Shown piece after piece: positions 20,748 through 30,080 of a stretch of DNA of 56,130 bases. Position 1 is the first letter of the stretch, and every line of letters begins with the position of its first letter. The stretch spans positions 1 to 56,130 of the forward strand of contig RFNS01000252.1 of assembly GCA_009927055.1 (NCBI GenBank). Direction: 5' to 3'. A program made the translations under genes and the position numbers. The notes under the pieces were generated by a model. It was not told the origin of the DNA. It saw nothing but the letters and a program-made list of their open reading frames with translations, and did no database searches. The stretch is from Alphaproteobacteria bacterium. GTDB taxonomy: Bacteria > Pseudomonadota > Alphaproteobacteria > UBA9219 > RFNS01.

Positions 20748-20821
20748 AAGGGAAATATGAAAGCCAAATCAATTAAAAAGTGTTAACCTGAGGGTGAACC
20801 CAACATCAATTACAAAAGCAC

Positions 20822-20924
20822 GTCATTCCCGCGCATGCGGGAATCTATTGATGAGCCAAAGCTGTAGGCCGATGAATGAATCCCAACCATAGCATGTCCT
20901 CGCGCAGGCGGGGATGGGGATGAC
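20822..20924. mobile_element. About 103-bp MITE-like element, second copy of the GTCAT...ATGAC hairpin-ended design
   Basis: gtcattcccgcgcatgcgggaat (20822-20844) and tcctcgcgcaggcggggatggggatgac (20897-20924, inverted). It has the same length class and terminal architecture as 6737-6840, but a different interior. Confidence 0.55.
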
Positions 20925-20970
20925 GATAGTGTGTGGGGTATTGGCCGTTCTCTATTAATGAACCCTGACC

Positions 20971-23151
20971 CTAATACCGCACCGCAAAGCGCAGGCCGCC
21001 GGCACGACCATCGGCCGGCACCACCAGCCAGGCGCGGCCAAAACCTGCTGTGGCATCAACCCATGGAATGCCCACCTGCGCTGTGCGATCATCCAGCATG
21101 TTTTCAACCCACGCCCCCAGTGTGTAACGACCATCGGAAAAATTCAGCTGGCTGTTCACCTGAAAGCGATCGCCCACGTGCGCCTGATTAGAGTTATCGG
21201 TGTGCTGCGCGTCTTGATAATACCCCTGCGCCGCCATCTGCCAGTGCCACGGCGTGCCGGGCAAGGGCTGACCATAAAAACCCGCCACGGCAAACTGGTG
21301 TGGCGAATAACGCGGCAGATCATTGCCATCAACCTTGCCCAGCGGCGTATAACCCGCAATGTTGGCCAGATCAGGATCGTTGTAACTGACAAACCGCGCG
21401 CGCGTATAGCTGTAAGCCAGGCTGGCACCGTAACGATCATCGGGCACCCAATCTATCGACAACTCGCCCCCCAAACTGCGGCTGCGCCCGGCGTTGTTGA
21501 GATAAAAATTCTGCGTGGCGGCCAGCGTTGAATAGGCGGTGACCTGTTGATCCAGCCATTCGATCCAAAAGACATTTGCGCCCACTTTGATATCATATGG
21601 CAGCGGATAATTTTTCATGCCCGCTTCAAAGGTTAGATTATATTCAGGCCCATAGGCGCGTTCGCTGTCACGAATATTGGCGCGATCATTAAACCCGCCA
21701 CTTTTATCGCCCTTGGCACCGCTGATGTAATATACCACATCGCGCGCATCAGTGTAACTGAGAGTGAGTTTGGGCGAGAATGATTGCCAGTCATCCTCCA
21801 AATCCAGCCGCCGGCCCGCATTGTTCACAATCGTGCTTTTCAAATTTTTTGTCTCGGTCTGCCAACGCCCGTCAAACGTCGCATCCCATCCCTTGGCAAA
21901 TGCCACGCCTACGCTTCCATAAATACCCAAACTTTCATGCAATGTTTCGTTCTGCGCGCCGCTGGGCGTTGTGGCGCCCAGAATATAAAACTGATCATAA
22001 CGCTGCGTATCGTTGCGGAAGCGATAAAGTGAAACACCCATCAACCCATGCCAGGGCGATTGTTCGGGGTCATAGTTCACGCGGCCATCCAGCTGCATAT
22101 CATATCGTCGCGTGGCTTGTCCGGCGCGTGCGGCCAAGGCGGCCTGATAATCATCATCGCGATTAAATTCCGACCGCTCATCGCTGCCCGAGATCAACAG
22201 GTGCGATGACCAATCGGCCGACCAACCTTCAGTCCACGCCAGCTGACTTTGAAAATGCTGGCGCTGAAAACCATTGTGCGCGCTGTTGGCGGCATAGGTG
22301 GCCGCTTCCTCTGGCACCTCGCCACAAAAATAGCGCAAGGCACCATTGGTGGTGCGGCGGCCGCAGTTGGCGCGCACCAAAAAACCTTTGGGTTGACCAT
22401 CGGCATCGCCCACACCCGTGAAGCGCCACACAAATTCGCGGTTGTTGTTCGGCTGATATTTCACAGACAAGCGCCCCGCGTGTGTTTTTTCTTCGCCGAT
22501 TTCTGGGCCGCTCACGCTATTCTCAAAAAATCCGCCCCAGTCGCGCCTGTAATAGGCCGCACGCATGGCCCATTCATCGCTCAACTTCTGGTTCACAACG
22601 GCTGTCAGCTCGTTTCTTTCGGGGCTGCTGAAGCGGCTATCAAAACTGTAAGTATCCTCAAACTTTGGTGCGGCCGATGTGATGGCCATGGTGCCCGCAA
22701 AACTGTTGCGCCCATACAGCGCGCTTTGCGGCCCTTTGATGATATCAACCCTCTCGGCATCAAACACCAGCGTATTCACGCTGCTGCGGCCCGACAGATA
22801 AGCGCCATCAACAAACGTGGCCACGGGCGGCTCCTCGCCCAGGCCTGGCTGCAGCATGCCGCGCAATGTGGGGGCCGGATTAAAACGCCCAAACGGATCG
22901 GTGTATGAGAATCCTGGCGTCGCCTGCGCCACGTTGGTGGGGCTGTTCAGGCCGCGCTGTGCAACCTCATCTGCCGAAAAACTGGAAATGGCTGCCGGAA
23001 TTGTGGCCGCCACCTCAACCCGCTTGCGAATTGTCAGCTTTAAGACATTGGTTTTTTGCAGGATGTCATCTTGATTGACCTTGGCCGCGATGGCACAATC
23101 AGGGAACAGGAGCAGCACCATGACCGCCAGCAAAACAGAACGTATCAGCAT
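20971..23151 (-). CDS. TonB-dependent outer-membrane receptor
   Basis: Signal peptide MLIRSVLLAVMVLLLFPDCAIA, a plug domain (VDIIKGPQSALYGRNSFAGT), a long beta-barrel and a terminal aromatic residue (RFAVRY). Confidence 0.9.
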   Translation of the reverse strand: MLIRSVLLAVMVLLLFPDCAIAAKVNQDDILQKTNVLKLTIRKRVEVAATIPAAISSFSADEVAQRGLNSPTNVAQATPGFSYTDPFGRFNPAPTLRGMLQPGLGEEPPVATFVDGAYLSGRSSVNTLVFDAERVDIIKGPQSALYGRNSFAGTMAITSAAPKFEDTYSFDSRFSSPERNELTAVVNQKLSDEWAMRAAYYRRDWGGFFENSVSGPEIGEEKTHAGRLSVKYQPNNNREFVWRFTGVGDADGQPKGFLVRANCGRRTTNGALRYFCGEVPEEAATYAANSAHNGFQRQHFQSQLAWTEGWSADWSSHLLISGSDERSEFNRDDDYQAALAARAGQATRRYDMQLDGRVNYDPEQSPWHGLMGVSLYRFRNDTQRYDQFYILGATTPSGAQNETLHESLGIYGSVGVAFAKGWDATFDGRWQTETKNLKSTIVNNAGRRLDLEDDWQSFSPKLTLSYTDARDVVYYISGAKGDKSGGFNDRANIRDSERAYGPEYNLTFEAGMKNYPLPYDIKVGANVFWIEWLDQQVTAYSTLAATQNFYLNNAGRSRSLGGELSIDWVPDDRYGASLAYSYTRARFVSYNDPDLANIAGYTPLGKVDGNDLPRYSPHQFAVAGFYGQPLPGTPWHWQMAAQGYYQDAQHTDNSNQAHVGDRFQVNSQLNFSDGRYTLGAWVENMLDDRTAQVGIPWVDATAGFGRAWLVVPADGRAGGLRFAVRY

Positions 23152-23761
23152 GATAGGCGCTTCCGTAGCAGCACCGCCCACCGCCGTCAAAGTTGCGTGG
23201 CTTCTGGTGTTGTCGGTGGGGGTTTTAACGCTGGGGGCAAAAATTCAGGTGCCGCTGTGGCCCGTGCCCACAACCCTGCAAACACTTGCCTTGTGCCTTA
23301 TGGCGTGTTATCTCGGCCCCCGCATGGCGGTGGGGGGCGTGCTGGCTTATATGGCCGCTGGCTTTTTGGGTGCGCCTGTTTTTGCGGGCGCGGTGGCTGG
23401 CCCCGCCTATTTGTTTGGCCCCACAGCAGGCTATTTAATGGCGTTTATTCCCGCGGTGTATGTGGCCAGCTTGCTGTGTCACCGCACATCGACCCACGGC
23501 ATGGGCCTGTTCAGCCAGTGTGTAGCTTTTCTTGTGCTGCACGCGGTGGTTCTGGCGGGCGGAACACTCTGGCTGGCGTTTGCTCCGCTTGAGGCATCGC
23601 CCCTTGCAGCAGCACAGGCCACCACCAACCACGACACCCCCATGAGCCTCGCCACTGCTTTTGCCGCAGGGTGCGCGCCTTTTATTGTGGGGAGCATCAT
23701 GAAATCGGCCCTCGCCACCGCCCTCATCCAGGCGCAGCGCTGGGGAAAAGATTGGAGTTAG
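23120..23761 (+). CDS. bioY: Biotin transporter BioY
   Basis: Motifs PVPTTLQTLAL and GPTAGYLMAFIPA, with 5-6 TM helices. The start is either ATG 23120 or ATG 23150. Both overlap the 5' end of the divergent receptor gene. Confidence 0.8.
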   Translation: MTASKTERISMIGASVAAPPTAVKVAWLLVLSVGVLTLGAKIQVPLWPVPTTLQTLALCLMACYLGPRMAVGGVLAYMAAGFLGAPVFAGAVAGPAYLFGPTAGYLMAFIPAVYVASLLCHRTSTHGMGLFSQCVAFLVLHAVVLAGGTLWLAFAPLEASPLAAAQATTNHDTPMSLATAFAAGCAPFIVGSIMKSALATALIQAQRWGKDWS

Positions 23762-24678
23762 CCGCTTGACCCAGGTGCAGGCGATGGGGTTGGGGTGGTT
23801 GCAACATCCGTTGGAACACTATCTTTAACGGCCTGCAACTTGGTTTTCCGGGCAGCTGCCGGCCCAAAAATTCCATCTGCCTCCCCTGCACTTGTTGCCA
23901 ATTTGCTAAGGTTTGCAACTAATGTTTTTCCACTGGCTGTAAGTGCACCATTCTTTGGGTCGTAAATTTTCTTTGAGTCTATGCCTAAAGTCTTAGCGAC
24001 AACTTCTACACTTTGTGCTATTGTCTGGGGGTTTCTTGGTTTTAATTTTCTTTGTGCAAACAAGTCCGGGTTTTTCAGCCCATGCAATGCCGCAAATGCC
24101 CTGCCTTGTTTGGCAGTTAGGTTTGCACCTGCTGCTGGCATCCTCTCTCCTTTAGGAGTCTCTGCCACTCGCGTACCTGTTTGAAGGCTAGGATCACTAC
24201 CATCATAAATATATGAAACTTCTCTCGGTGTATATCTTTCACCCCTGTAATGATCTCCAAAATGATGCCTTTGATGACCTCCTCTAATTAAGGGTTGCCC
24301 TCCAGAAGTTAAAAAGCTGTTTTTAATTCCCGGCATGTGAAAAAGCGTAGAACCATTTGTAGGGTCAATGCCCATAGCTTTTTCAGCAAGCACTCGTCTA
24401 GCTATCTGCTCATAGTCATTTCCGGCGGGTAAGTTTCTAACATTCCCTCTACCCTTAAGATTTACCCCTGAAAAATGTGCGTTACCAGATTTGTATTTTT
24501 TATTCAGAAAGCTTGTGAGTGTGGGGTGCCCTTTTGAAAGTCTTGGATTACTATAAGCATTGAGCACTGCATGACCAACTCTTACCATTTCATATGTATT
24601 GCCATATCCGCCTGCCTCATCTCGAATAATGGCAGCAAAATTTCTAATATCTGTTCTTGAAAGGTGTATCTTCCTCAT
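23758..24678 (-). CDS. Leaderless cell-wall hydrolase-like protein (SleB/Hydrolase_2-like N-domain, PG_binding_1-like C-terminal motif), AT-richer islet
   Basis: The N-terminal block AAIIRDEAGGYGNTYEMVRVGHAVLN, then TLFHMPG and GGHQRHHFGDHY, resemble SleB-type hydrolase motifs. The C-terminal GEADGIFGPAAARKTKLQAV resembles the DGxFGPxTxxAV peptidoglycan-binding motif. There is no signal peptide. Start at ATG 24678 (AGAGG upstream); the track TTG at 24711 is possible. Confidence 0.5.
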   Translation of the reverse strand: MRKIHLSRTDIRNFAAIIRDEAGGYGNTYEMVRVGHAVLNAYSNPRLSKGHPTLTSFLNKKYKSGNAHFSGVNLKGRGNVRNLPAGNDYEQIARRVLAEKAMGIDPTNGSTLFHMPGIKNSFLTSGGQPLIRGGHQRHHFGDHYRGERYTPREVSYIYDGSDPSLQTGTRVAETPKGERMPAAGANLTAKQGRAFAALHGLKNPDLFAQRKLKPRNPQTIAQSVEVVAKTLGIDSKKIYDPKNGALTASGKTLVANLSKLATSAGEADGIFGPAAARKTKLQAVKDSVPTDVATTPTPSPAPGSSG

Positions 24679-24784
24679 TTGTGCCTCTACGTCACTATAT
24701 CTAAAATCCAATCTTTATTCCTTAATTCCCATTTACAATTGGCGTGATTTAACCAATATTTCTGGTTAAAGGAGAAAAAAATTT

Positions 24785-26032
24785 ATGGCTAACGCGTCAA
24801 AACACCCTCTTTCGGGGCAGACCATTGCTTTTGCGGCCTCGGGCGGGCTCGACAGCTGCACCATCACCCACTGGCTGGCGCAGCAGGGCGTGCGCGTGGT
24901 GGCCATCACGGCTGACCTGGGCCAGCCCGATGAAACCGACTTTGGCGCCATTGAACAGCGCATGCGCGCCTGCGGTGCGGCCGATTTTGCCGCCATCTCG
25001 CTTCAAAAAGAAATGGCCGAAGGCGGGCTGGAGGTTATTCAGGCCCAATCAACCTATGAGGGCCGATATTGGAACACCACCGGCGTGGGCCGCGTCATCA
25101 CCACACAGGGCCTGATGGCCGAAGTGTTGAAACGCCAACTGACAATTTTCAGCCACGGCGCCACGGGTCGCGGCAATGATCAGGTTCGGTTTCAGCTGAT
25201 GACCAATATGCTGGCCCCGCATGTTCAGGTTTATGCCCCCTGGCGCGATGACGCATTTTTACAGCGTTTTGGCGGCCGCCAGCACATGATTGCTTACTGC
25301 GAGCAGCACGGCCTGCCCATAAAAGCCACGCGCGACAAACCCTATTCGACCGATGCGAATCTGCTGGGTCTGACGCACGAAGGCGGCCAGCTGGAAAGTT
25401 TGCTGACAGCGCCCGATATTGTAACCCCCGGCATGGGCGTGTGGCCCAAGGATGCGCCGAACGCCGCCGAGGATGTGACAATTGTTTTTGAGCGCGGGCG
25501 GCCTGTGTCCATCAACGGCTCTGCGTGCGATGTGCTGCAGGCCATGTTTTTGGCCAATAATATTGGCGGGCGCCACGGCATTGGCATTGGCACGCATTTG
25601 GTTGAGAACAGGTTTGTGGGTGTTAAATCGCGCGGGGTGTATGAAGCGCCGGGCATGGAGCTGCTGGGCACCGCCTATGCGCTGCTGGTGCAGCTGGTGC
25701 TGGATAGGCGCGCGCGCGAATTCCTCGATCAACTGGGGTTGATGTACGCACGGCAGATTTATCAGGGATATTATTTTGATGTGTGCAGCCAAATGGTGCG
25801 CGCCGCGCTGGCCAAGGTTTCGGCCCTGATATCGGGCAGCATCACGGTGCGTCTCCTCCGGGGTAATATTTCCTATGTGCGGGCCGAGGGTGTGCCGCAC
25901 TCGCTCTACACGCTCGATGGCTCGATGGAAGCAGAGGGAAGCTTTAACCACGCCGACAGCGAAGGGTTTTTGAAAGTGTTGGGCGTCAATGCCCGCGCCA
26001 TTGCTCGCGCGGGGCATTTGGGCCGCCTATAA
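24785..26032 (+). CDS. argG: Argininosuccinate synthase
   Basis: 415 aa with the N-type ATP-PPase motif AFAASGGLDSC and SHGATGRGNDQVRF. AAGGAG lies upstream of the ATG. Confidence 0.92.
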   Translation: MANASKHPLSGQTIAFAASGGLDSCTITHWLAQQGVRVVAITADLGQPDETDFGAIEQRMRACGAADFAAISLQKEMAEGGLEVIQAQSTYEGRYWNTTGVGRVITTQGLMAEVLKRQLTIFSHGATGRGNDQVRFQLMTNMLAPHVQVYAPWRDDAFLQRFGGRQHMIAYCEQHGLPIKATRDKPYSTDANLLGLTHEGGQLESLLTAPDIVTPGMGVWPKDAPNAAEDVTIVFERGRPVSINGSACDVLQAMFLANNIGGRHGIGIGTHLVENRFVGVKSRGVYEAPGMELLGTAYALLVQLVLDRRAREFLDQLGLMYARQIYQGYYFDVCSQMVRAALAKVSALISGSITVRLLRGNISYVRAEGVPHSLYTLDGSMEAEGSFNHADSEGFLKVLGVNARAIARAGHLGRL

Positions 26033-26090
26033 AATTTGATTGTGATAACCTTGGCCCAGACATCATCCCATGCAGAAAAATAACACTAAT

Positions 26091-26108
26091 GTGCCTGCGA
26101 AGGCAGGC
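26091..26108. repeat. Single GC-rich hairpin unit (CTGC-GAAG-GCAG type) at an islet border
   Basis: gtgcctgcgaaggcaggc followed by ccccatcacc. It is near-identical to the reverse complement of the region 6616-6644. Confidence 0.75.
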
Positions 26109-26129
26109 CCCCATCACCCGCGCTAAACC

Positions 26130-26645
26130 CTATGGCGTAGATTGTGGATGGCCCGCCGACACCCCGCCAAACGCCGCCAGCTTTTTCTTCATAAATTCGC
26201 CAAAATCGGGGTCTTCGCCCTGCAGCAGGCCTGGCAGCGCCTGCCGATAATCGGGCCGCTCTATCCAGACGTTGATATAATCTTCCCACGTTTGCCACAA
26301 GCGCGCGGTTTGCTTGTCCATGGTTTCTTCATAAATCAGAATATAGGCGCGCTCGCACAACGACGTAAGAAGATCAAAAATAATCAGCCGTTTTTCGCGT
26401 TGCTCGGGCGTCAGCATGCCATCGGCCGTGCTGTGGCCCGACAGCAATTGAAGATCGGCATTATCAATCAGAATTTTTGAAAATTCGGCATACTCATCGG
26501 CCAGTTTCTGATAAATTTCTTCCTGTTCGTTCAGCCGTTCTTTTTTTTCTTCCTGCAAAAAAACATAAAGCGCAAACGGCAAGCCCACCACTGTCACAAT
26601 GTACGACAGCATTTCCCAAACTTCGAGCGAGAAGATAAACGACAT
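26130..26645 (-). CDS. Hypothetical N-terminally membrane-anchored protein
   Basis: 171 aa. One TM helix (LSYIVTVVGLPFALYVF) is followed by a charged helix (QEEKKERLNEQEE) and a soluble domain. I recognise no family. Confidence 0.55.
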   Translation of the reverse strand: MSFIFSLEVWEMLSYIVTVVGLPFALYVFLQEEKKERLNEQEEIYQKLADEYAEFSKILIDNADLQLLSGHSTADGMLTPEQREKRLIIFDLLTSLCERAYILIYEETMDKQTARLWQTWEDYINVWIERPDYRQALPGLLQGEDPDFGEFMKKKLAAFGGVSAGHPQSTP

Positions 26646-26721
26646 GCCCTATCATACCCCAAAGGCACGCATAAAAAAAGGCGGCCAGACATGGCCGCCT
26701 TGCTTGCCTTCACCTGCGCGC

Positions 26722-27192
26722 TTATTGTGCGGCGGCGGGGTTTTGTGGCATTTGCGGACGGGCCGGAGCACCTTCGCTGCTGGCAGCTTGCTCAGCGGCT
26801 TCGGCGGCATCTTTCACCGCTTGTGTGGCTTGCTGGGCCGCATCTTGTGCAGCACCGGCAGCTTGACCTGCTGCTTGCTGGGCGGCATCAGTTGCTTGAC
26901 CAGCAGCTTGCTGAGTGGCGTCGGTCGCTTGACCGGCGGCTTGTGTGGCTTGCTCAGCGGCTTGGCCAGCGGCCTGCGTGGCATCGCCCGATTGTTCGCG
27001 GGCGGTGTTCATCACATCGCGCACGGCATCTTGCAGCGAACCGGTTTGAACGGCGTCGCTGGCCTGGGTGGCCGCTTGCTGCGCTTCGTCAGGTGAGCCA
27101 CCTTTCATCAGAACATAGCCGCCGACCAGAATGGCCACGACGATCGCCGCAATGGCAATGAAAGATGTGTTGGTTTTCTTTGGTTCGTTCAT
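26722..27192 (-). CDS. Membrane-anchored low-complexity protein with 11-residue Ala/Gln repeats
   Basis: Start at MNEPKK (27192). A TM anchor FIAIAAIVVAILVGGYVL is followed by repeats such as QAAGQATDATQ / QAAGQATDAAQ / QAAGQAAGAAQ. Confidence 0.6.
   Translation of the reverse strand: MNEPKKTNTSFIAIAAIVVAILVGGYVLMKGGSPDEAQQAATQASDAVQTGSLQDAVRDVMNTAREQSGDATQAAGQAAEQATQAAGQATDATQQAAGQATDAAQQAAGQAAGAAQDAAQQATQAVKDAAEAAEQAASSEGAPARPQMPQNPAAAQ
26861..26992. repeat. Imperfect 33-bp tandem repeat (4 units), coding
   Basis: Four units start with gcttgacc/gcttggcc, at 26861, 26894, 26927 and 26960. They encode the 11-residue protein repeat. Confidence 0.8.
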
Positions 27193-27280
27193 AGGGTCCC
27201 CCGTTGGTTGAACTGCTGTAAAAGTAAGCAGATTCACCTTGGCTGGCAAGCCAGGCAATTAAGGCAAAACAGTGGCTTGG

Positions 27281-28525
27281 TTAACGCGCCTGGATCACCG
27301 CATGGCGCTTCTTACCCACGCTCAGGCGGGCTTTTTTATCGGGGCCTAAATCGGGCGGGCCCACAGTCGCCTGCACATCGGCCACCGCAACATCATTCAG
27401 CCTAATGCCCCCCTGCTCCAGCAGGCGTTTGGCCTCGCCCTTGCTGGCGGCAAAACCCAGCTGCAACACAATATCGACCAGCGGCACCGCCTGGGCCGAT
27501 GATAAATGAAACGTGGGCAACCCTTCGGCGCTGCCGCCTGCAAAGGCATCGGCGGCGGTGGCTGCGGCTAACTGAGCGGCCTCAGCCCCATGACACAATG
27601 TGGTGGCCGCCGTGGCCAGAATTTTTTTGGCCTCGTTCACCTCGGCGCCTTCCAGTTTTTCAAGGCGAGAAATTTCATCCATCGGCACATCGGTAAACAG
27701 TTTCAGAAAACGCCCCACATCGGCATCTTCGGTGTTGCGCCAGAACTGCCAATAATCATACGGCGATAATTTTTCGGCCTTCAGCCACACAGCGCCCGAA
27801 ACAGTTTTGCCCATTTTTTGCCCGCTGGCGGTGGTCAGCAGGGGCGTGGTTAAACCAAACAATTCGGCATCGGTCATGCGACGGCCCAGCTCGACCCCGT
27901 TCACAATATTCCCCCACTGATCGCTGCCGCCCATTTGTAGAATGCAGTTGTAACGCTTGTATAACTCGACAAAATCATAGGCCTGCATGATCATATAGTT
28001 GAATTCAAGAAACGTCAGCGGTTGTTCGCGCTCCAGCCGCAGCTTCACGCTCTCAAACGTCAGCATGCGGTTGATGGTAAAATGCGTGCCCACCTGCCGC
28101 AGAAAAGAAATGTATCCCAGCTTATCCAGCCAGTCGGCGTTATCGACCATCACGGCATCATTGTGCCCATCACCCAATGATAAATAATTTTTGAAAATGC
28201 CTTTGATGCTTTGTTTGTTGTGCTCCAGTTTTTCGTCGGTCAGCATCTGCCGCGTTTCATCTTTGCCCGAAGGATCGCCCACCTTGGCCGTGCCGCCGCC
28301 CACAATCACAATGGGTTTATGGCCTGTCTGCTGCAGGCGCCGCAGCATCATGATGGAAACAAGGTTGCCCACATGCAAACTATCGGCCGTCGGATCATAG
28401 CCCACATAGGCGGTGATGGGGCCCTTGGCCGCGCGTTCATCCAAACGCTCGATATCGGTGATTTGATGCACATAGCCGCGTTCGTGCATCACCGTCATAA
28501 AGTCTGATTTGTATTTTGTGGTCAT
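27281..28525 (-). CDS. tyrS: Tyrosine--tRNA ligase
   Basis: 414 aa with HVGN (HIGH-type) and KMGKT (KMSKS-type) motifs and a C-terminal S4-like domain. Confidence 0.93.
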   Translation of the reverse strand: MTTKYKSDFMTVMHERGYVHQITDIERLDERAAKGPITAYVGYDPTADSLHVGNLVSIMMLRRLQQTGHKPIVIVGGGTAKVGDPSGKDETRQMLTDEKLEHNKQSIKGIFKNYLSLGDGHNDAVMVDNADWLDKLGYISFLRQVGTHFTINRMLTFESVKLRLEREQPLTFLEFNYMIMQAYDFVELYKRYNCILQMGGSDQWGNIVNGVELGRRMTDAELFGLTTPLLTTASGQKMGKTVSGAVWLKAEKLSPYDYWQFWRNTEDADVGRFLKLFTDVPMDEISRLEKLEGAEVNEAKKILATAATTLCHGAEAAQLAAATAADAFAGGSAEGLPTFHLSSAQAVPLVDIVLQLGFAASKGEAKRLLEQGGIRLNDVAVADVQATVGPPDLGPDKKARLSVGKKRHAVIQAR

Positions 28526-28545
28526 TGTGCTTTTCTAGCCAAACC

Positions 28546-29643
28546 ATGGCCCCAACGCAAAAAATCTATACGGCTCTTGGCCTGATGAGCGGCACATCGC
28601 TGGATGGCATCGATGTGGCGTGGCTACAAACCGATGGGCATCATCGCGTCATCACAGGGCCCGCCGAAACGTTTGCCTATGCCCCAGGGTTTATCAACAC
28701 ACTGCGCAAAACCCTTGGCCAGAAAAACCCGCACACGCCCGCCATGAAAAAAATTGAGCGCCAGATGACATGGCTGCACGCCAAAGCTGTTAAAAAATTT
28801 TGCCTCAAAAACAATATATTACTGCAGAATATTGATGTGATAGGTTTTCATGGGCAGACCATCTTTCATGCGCCACAGCATTTCATCACCCTGCAAATTG
28901 GCGATGGTGCCCTGCTGGCGCGCGAAACGCAGTGCCGGGTGGTCAATCAGTTTCGGGGGGATGATGTGAAAGCCGGCGGACACGGCGCGCCGCTGGTGCC
29001 TGTTTTTCATGCGGCCCTGGCGCACCCTTTGCCCAAACCGCTGGCTGTTGTGAATGTGGGGGGCGTCAGTAACATCACCTGGCTTGCCCACGAAAACACC
29101 TTGGCCGCGTGCGATTGCGGCCCTGGCAACGCCTTGATCAATGATTGGTTGCACAGCCACAACGCCGGCGCGTTTGATGACAAAGGCACATTCGCCGCGC
29201 GCGGCAGCATTGATTGGGCGCACGTGCACAGGTTTTTGGCCGATGATTTTTTTGCGCGCCCTGCCCCCAAATCGCTCGATCGCGACCATTTCAAAACCTA
29301 TATGCCGCATCACCTTGATCTGGCCGATGGTGCGGCAACCCTGACAGCCATGACCGCAGCGGCCATTGCCCGCACGCTGCAACATTTTGGGCGCAAACCA
29401 CAAAAACTTTTGGTGAGCGGCGGCGGGCGGCACAACACAACACTGATGCGCTGGCTTGCCAGCCTTCTACACATGCCTGTGATGTCGGTCGATCATGTGG
29501 GTTGGAACGGCGACGCGCTGGAGGCCCAGGCCTTCGCCTATCTGGCCGTGCGCCGCTTGCTTAACTTGCCTATCAGTTTTCCCTCAACCACAGGGGTGCA
29601 AAAACCCATGTGTGGCGGGCTGGTGCACACGTTTAATCTTTAA
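28546..29643 (+). CDS. anmK: Anhydro-N-acetylmuramic acid kinase
   Basis: N-terminal GLMSGTSLDGIDVA, then DCGPGNALID-like and VSGGG motifs. Start at MAPTQK (28546). Confidence 0.88.
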   Translation: MAPTQKIYTALGLMSGTSLDGIDVAWLQTDGHHRVITGPAETFAYAPGFINTLRKTLGQKNPHTPAMKKIERQMTWLHAKAVKKFCLKNNILLQNIDVIGFHGQTIFHAPQHFITLQIGDGALLARETQCRVVNQFRGDDVKAGGHGAPLVPVFHAALAHPLPKPLAVVNVGGVSNITWLAHENTLAACDCGPGNALINDWLHSHNAGAFDDKGTFAARGSIDWAHVHRFLADDFFARPAPKSLDRDHFKTYMPHHLDLADGAATLTAMTAAAIARTLQHFGRKPQKLLVSGGGRHNTTLMRWLASLLHMPVMSVDHVGWNGDALEAQAFAYLAVRRLLNLPISFPSTTGVQKPMCGGLVHTFNL

Positions 29644-29764
29644 CCAATGCCACAAACGCCTTCAGCGCATCATCGATGCGTGTTTGCCACCCAGGGCCTT
29701 TGGCCTTGAAAAAGGCCAACACCTCGGGCGAGACACGCAGGTTGAAGCGCATCTTGCTTTTCAT
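29633..29764 (-). CDS. brnA: BrnA-family antitoxin (short form, 43 aa)
   Basis: MKSKMRFNLRVSPEVLAFFKAKGPGWQTRIDDALKAFVALVKD matches the BrnA C-terminal signature (IRLDxDVLxWFKxxGxGYQTRIN). It lies immediately downstream of brnT. Confidence 0.7.
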   Translation of the reverse strand: MKSKMRFNLRVSPEVLAFFKAKGPGWQTRIDDALKAFVALVKD

Positions 29765-30032
29765 GTTCTTTTTCCTCTCGTTGATTGGCTTTACGTAAAC
29801 TGATGATGCGCAACGCATCCTCTCTCAAGGTAAAGACGCAAATATACAATCGCTGCCCAACAATATGACCACTCGCCACATAGCGATCCTCGCCATAGTC
29901 TTCACGAACGTCGAGTTCGACAATGGCATCCTCCCACTCAAAAAACGCGATATCCTCAAAGTCAACGCCGTGCTTGGCGATATTTTGCGGGCGCTTGGCA
30001 CTGTCCCACCCATGTTCCACAGATTCTTGCAC
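29670..30032 (-). CDS. brnT: BrnT-family (DUF497) toxin whose reading frame runs about 95 nt into brnA
   Basis: GTG start. WDSAKRPQNIAKHGVDFEDI...GEDRYVASGHIVGQRLYICVFTLREDALRIISLRKANQRE is the BrnT pattern. The conserved part ends near 29770. The last 30 or so codons are an out-of-frame reading of brnA. Confidence 0.7.
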   Translation of the reverse strand: MQESVEHGWDSAKRPQNIAKHGVDFEDIAFFEWEDAIVELDVREDYGEDRYVASGHIVGQRLYICVFTLREDALRIISLRKANQREEKEHEKQDALQPACLARGVGLFQGQRPWVANTHR

Positions 30033-30080
30033 CAGAAACCACAGGCCCTGTCAATTATTTTGTATCTACAGAAAAATCAT

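Noticed and set aside
25259-26017. 252-aa minus-strand ORF
   Set aside because: It is antisense to argG.
26861-26992. Regular 33-bp repeats, considered as a possible CRISPR array
   Set aside because: The units are contiguous with no spacers, are imperfect, and lie in frame inside a coding sequence with an 11-residue protein repeat. No cas genes are present.
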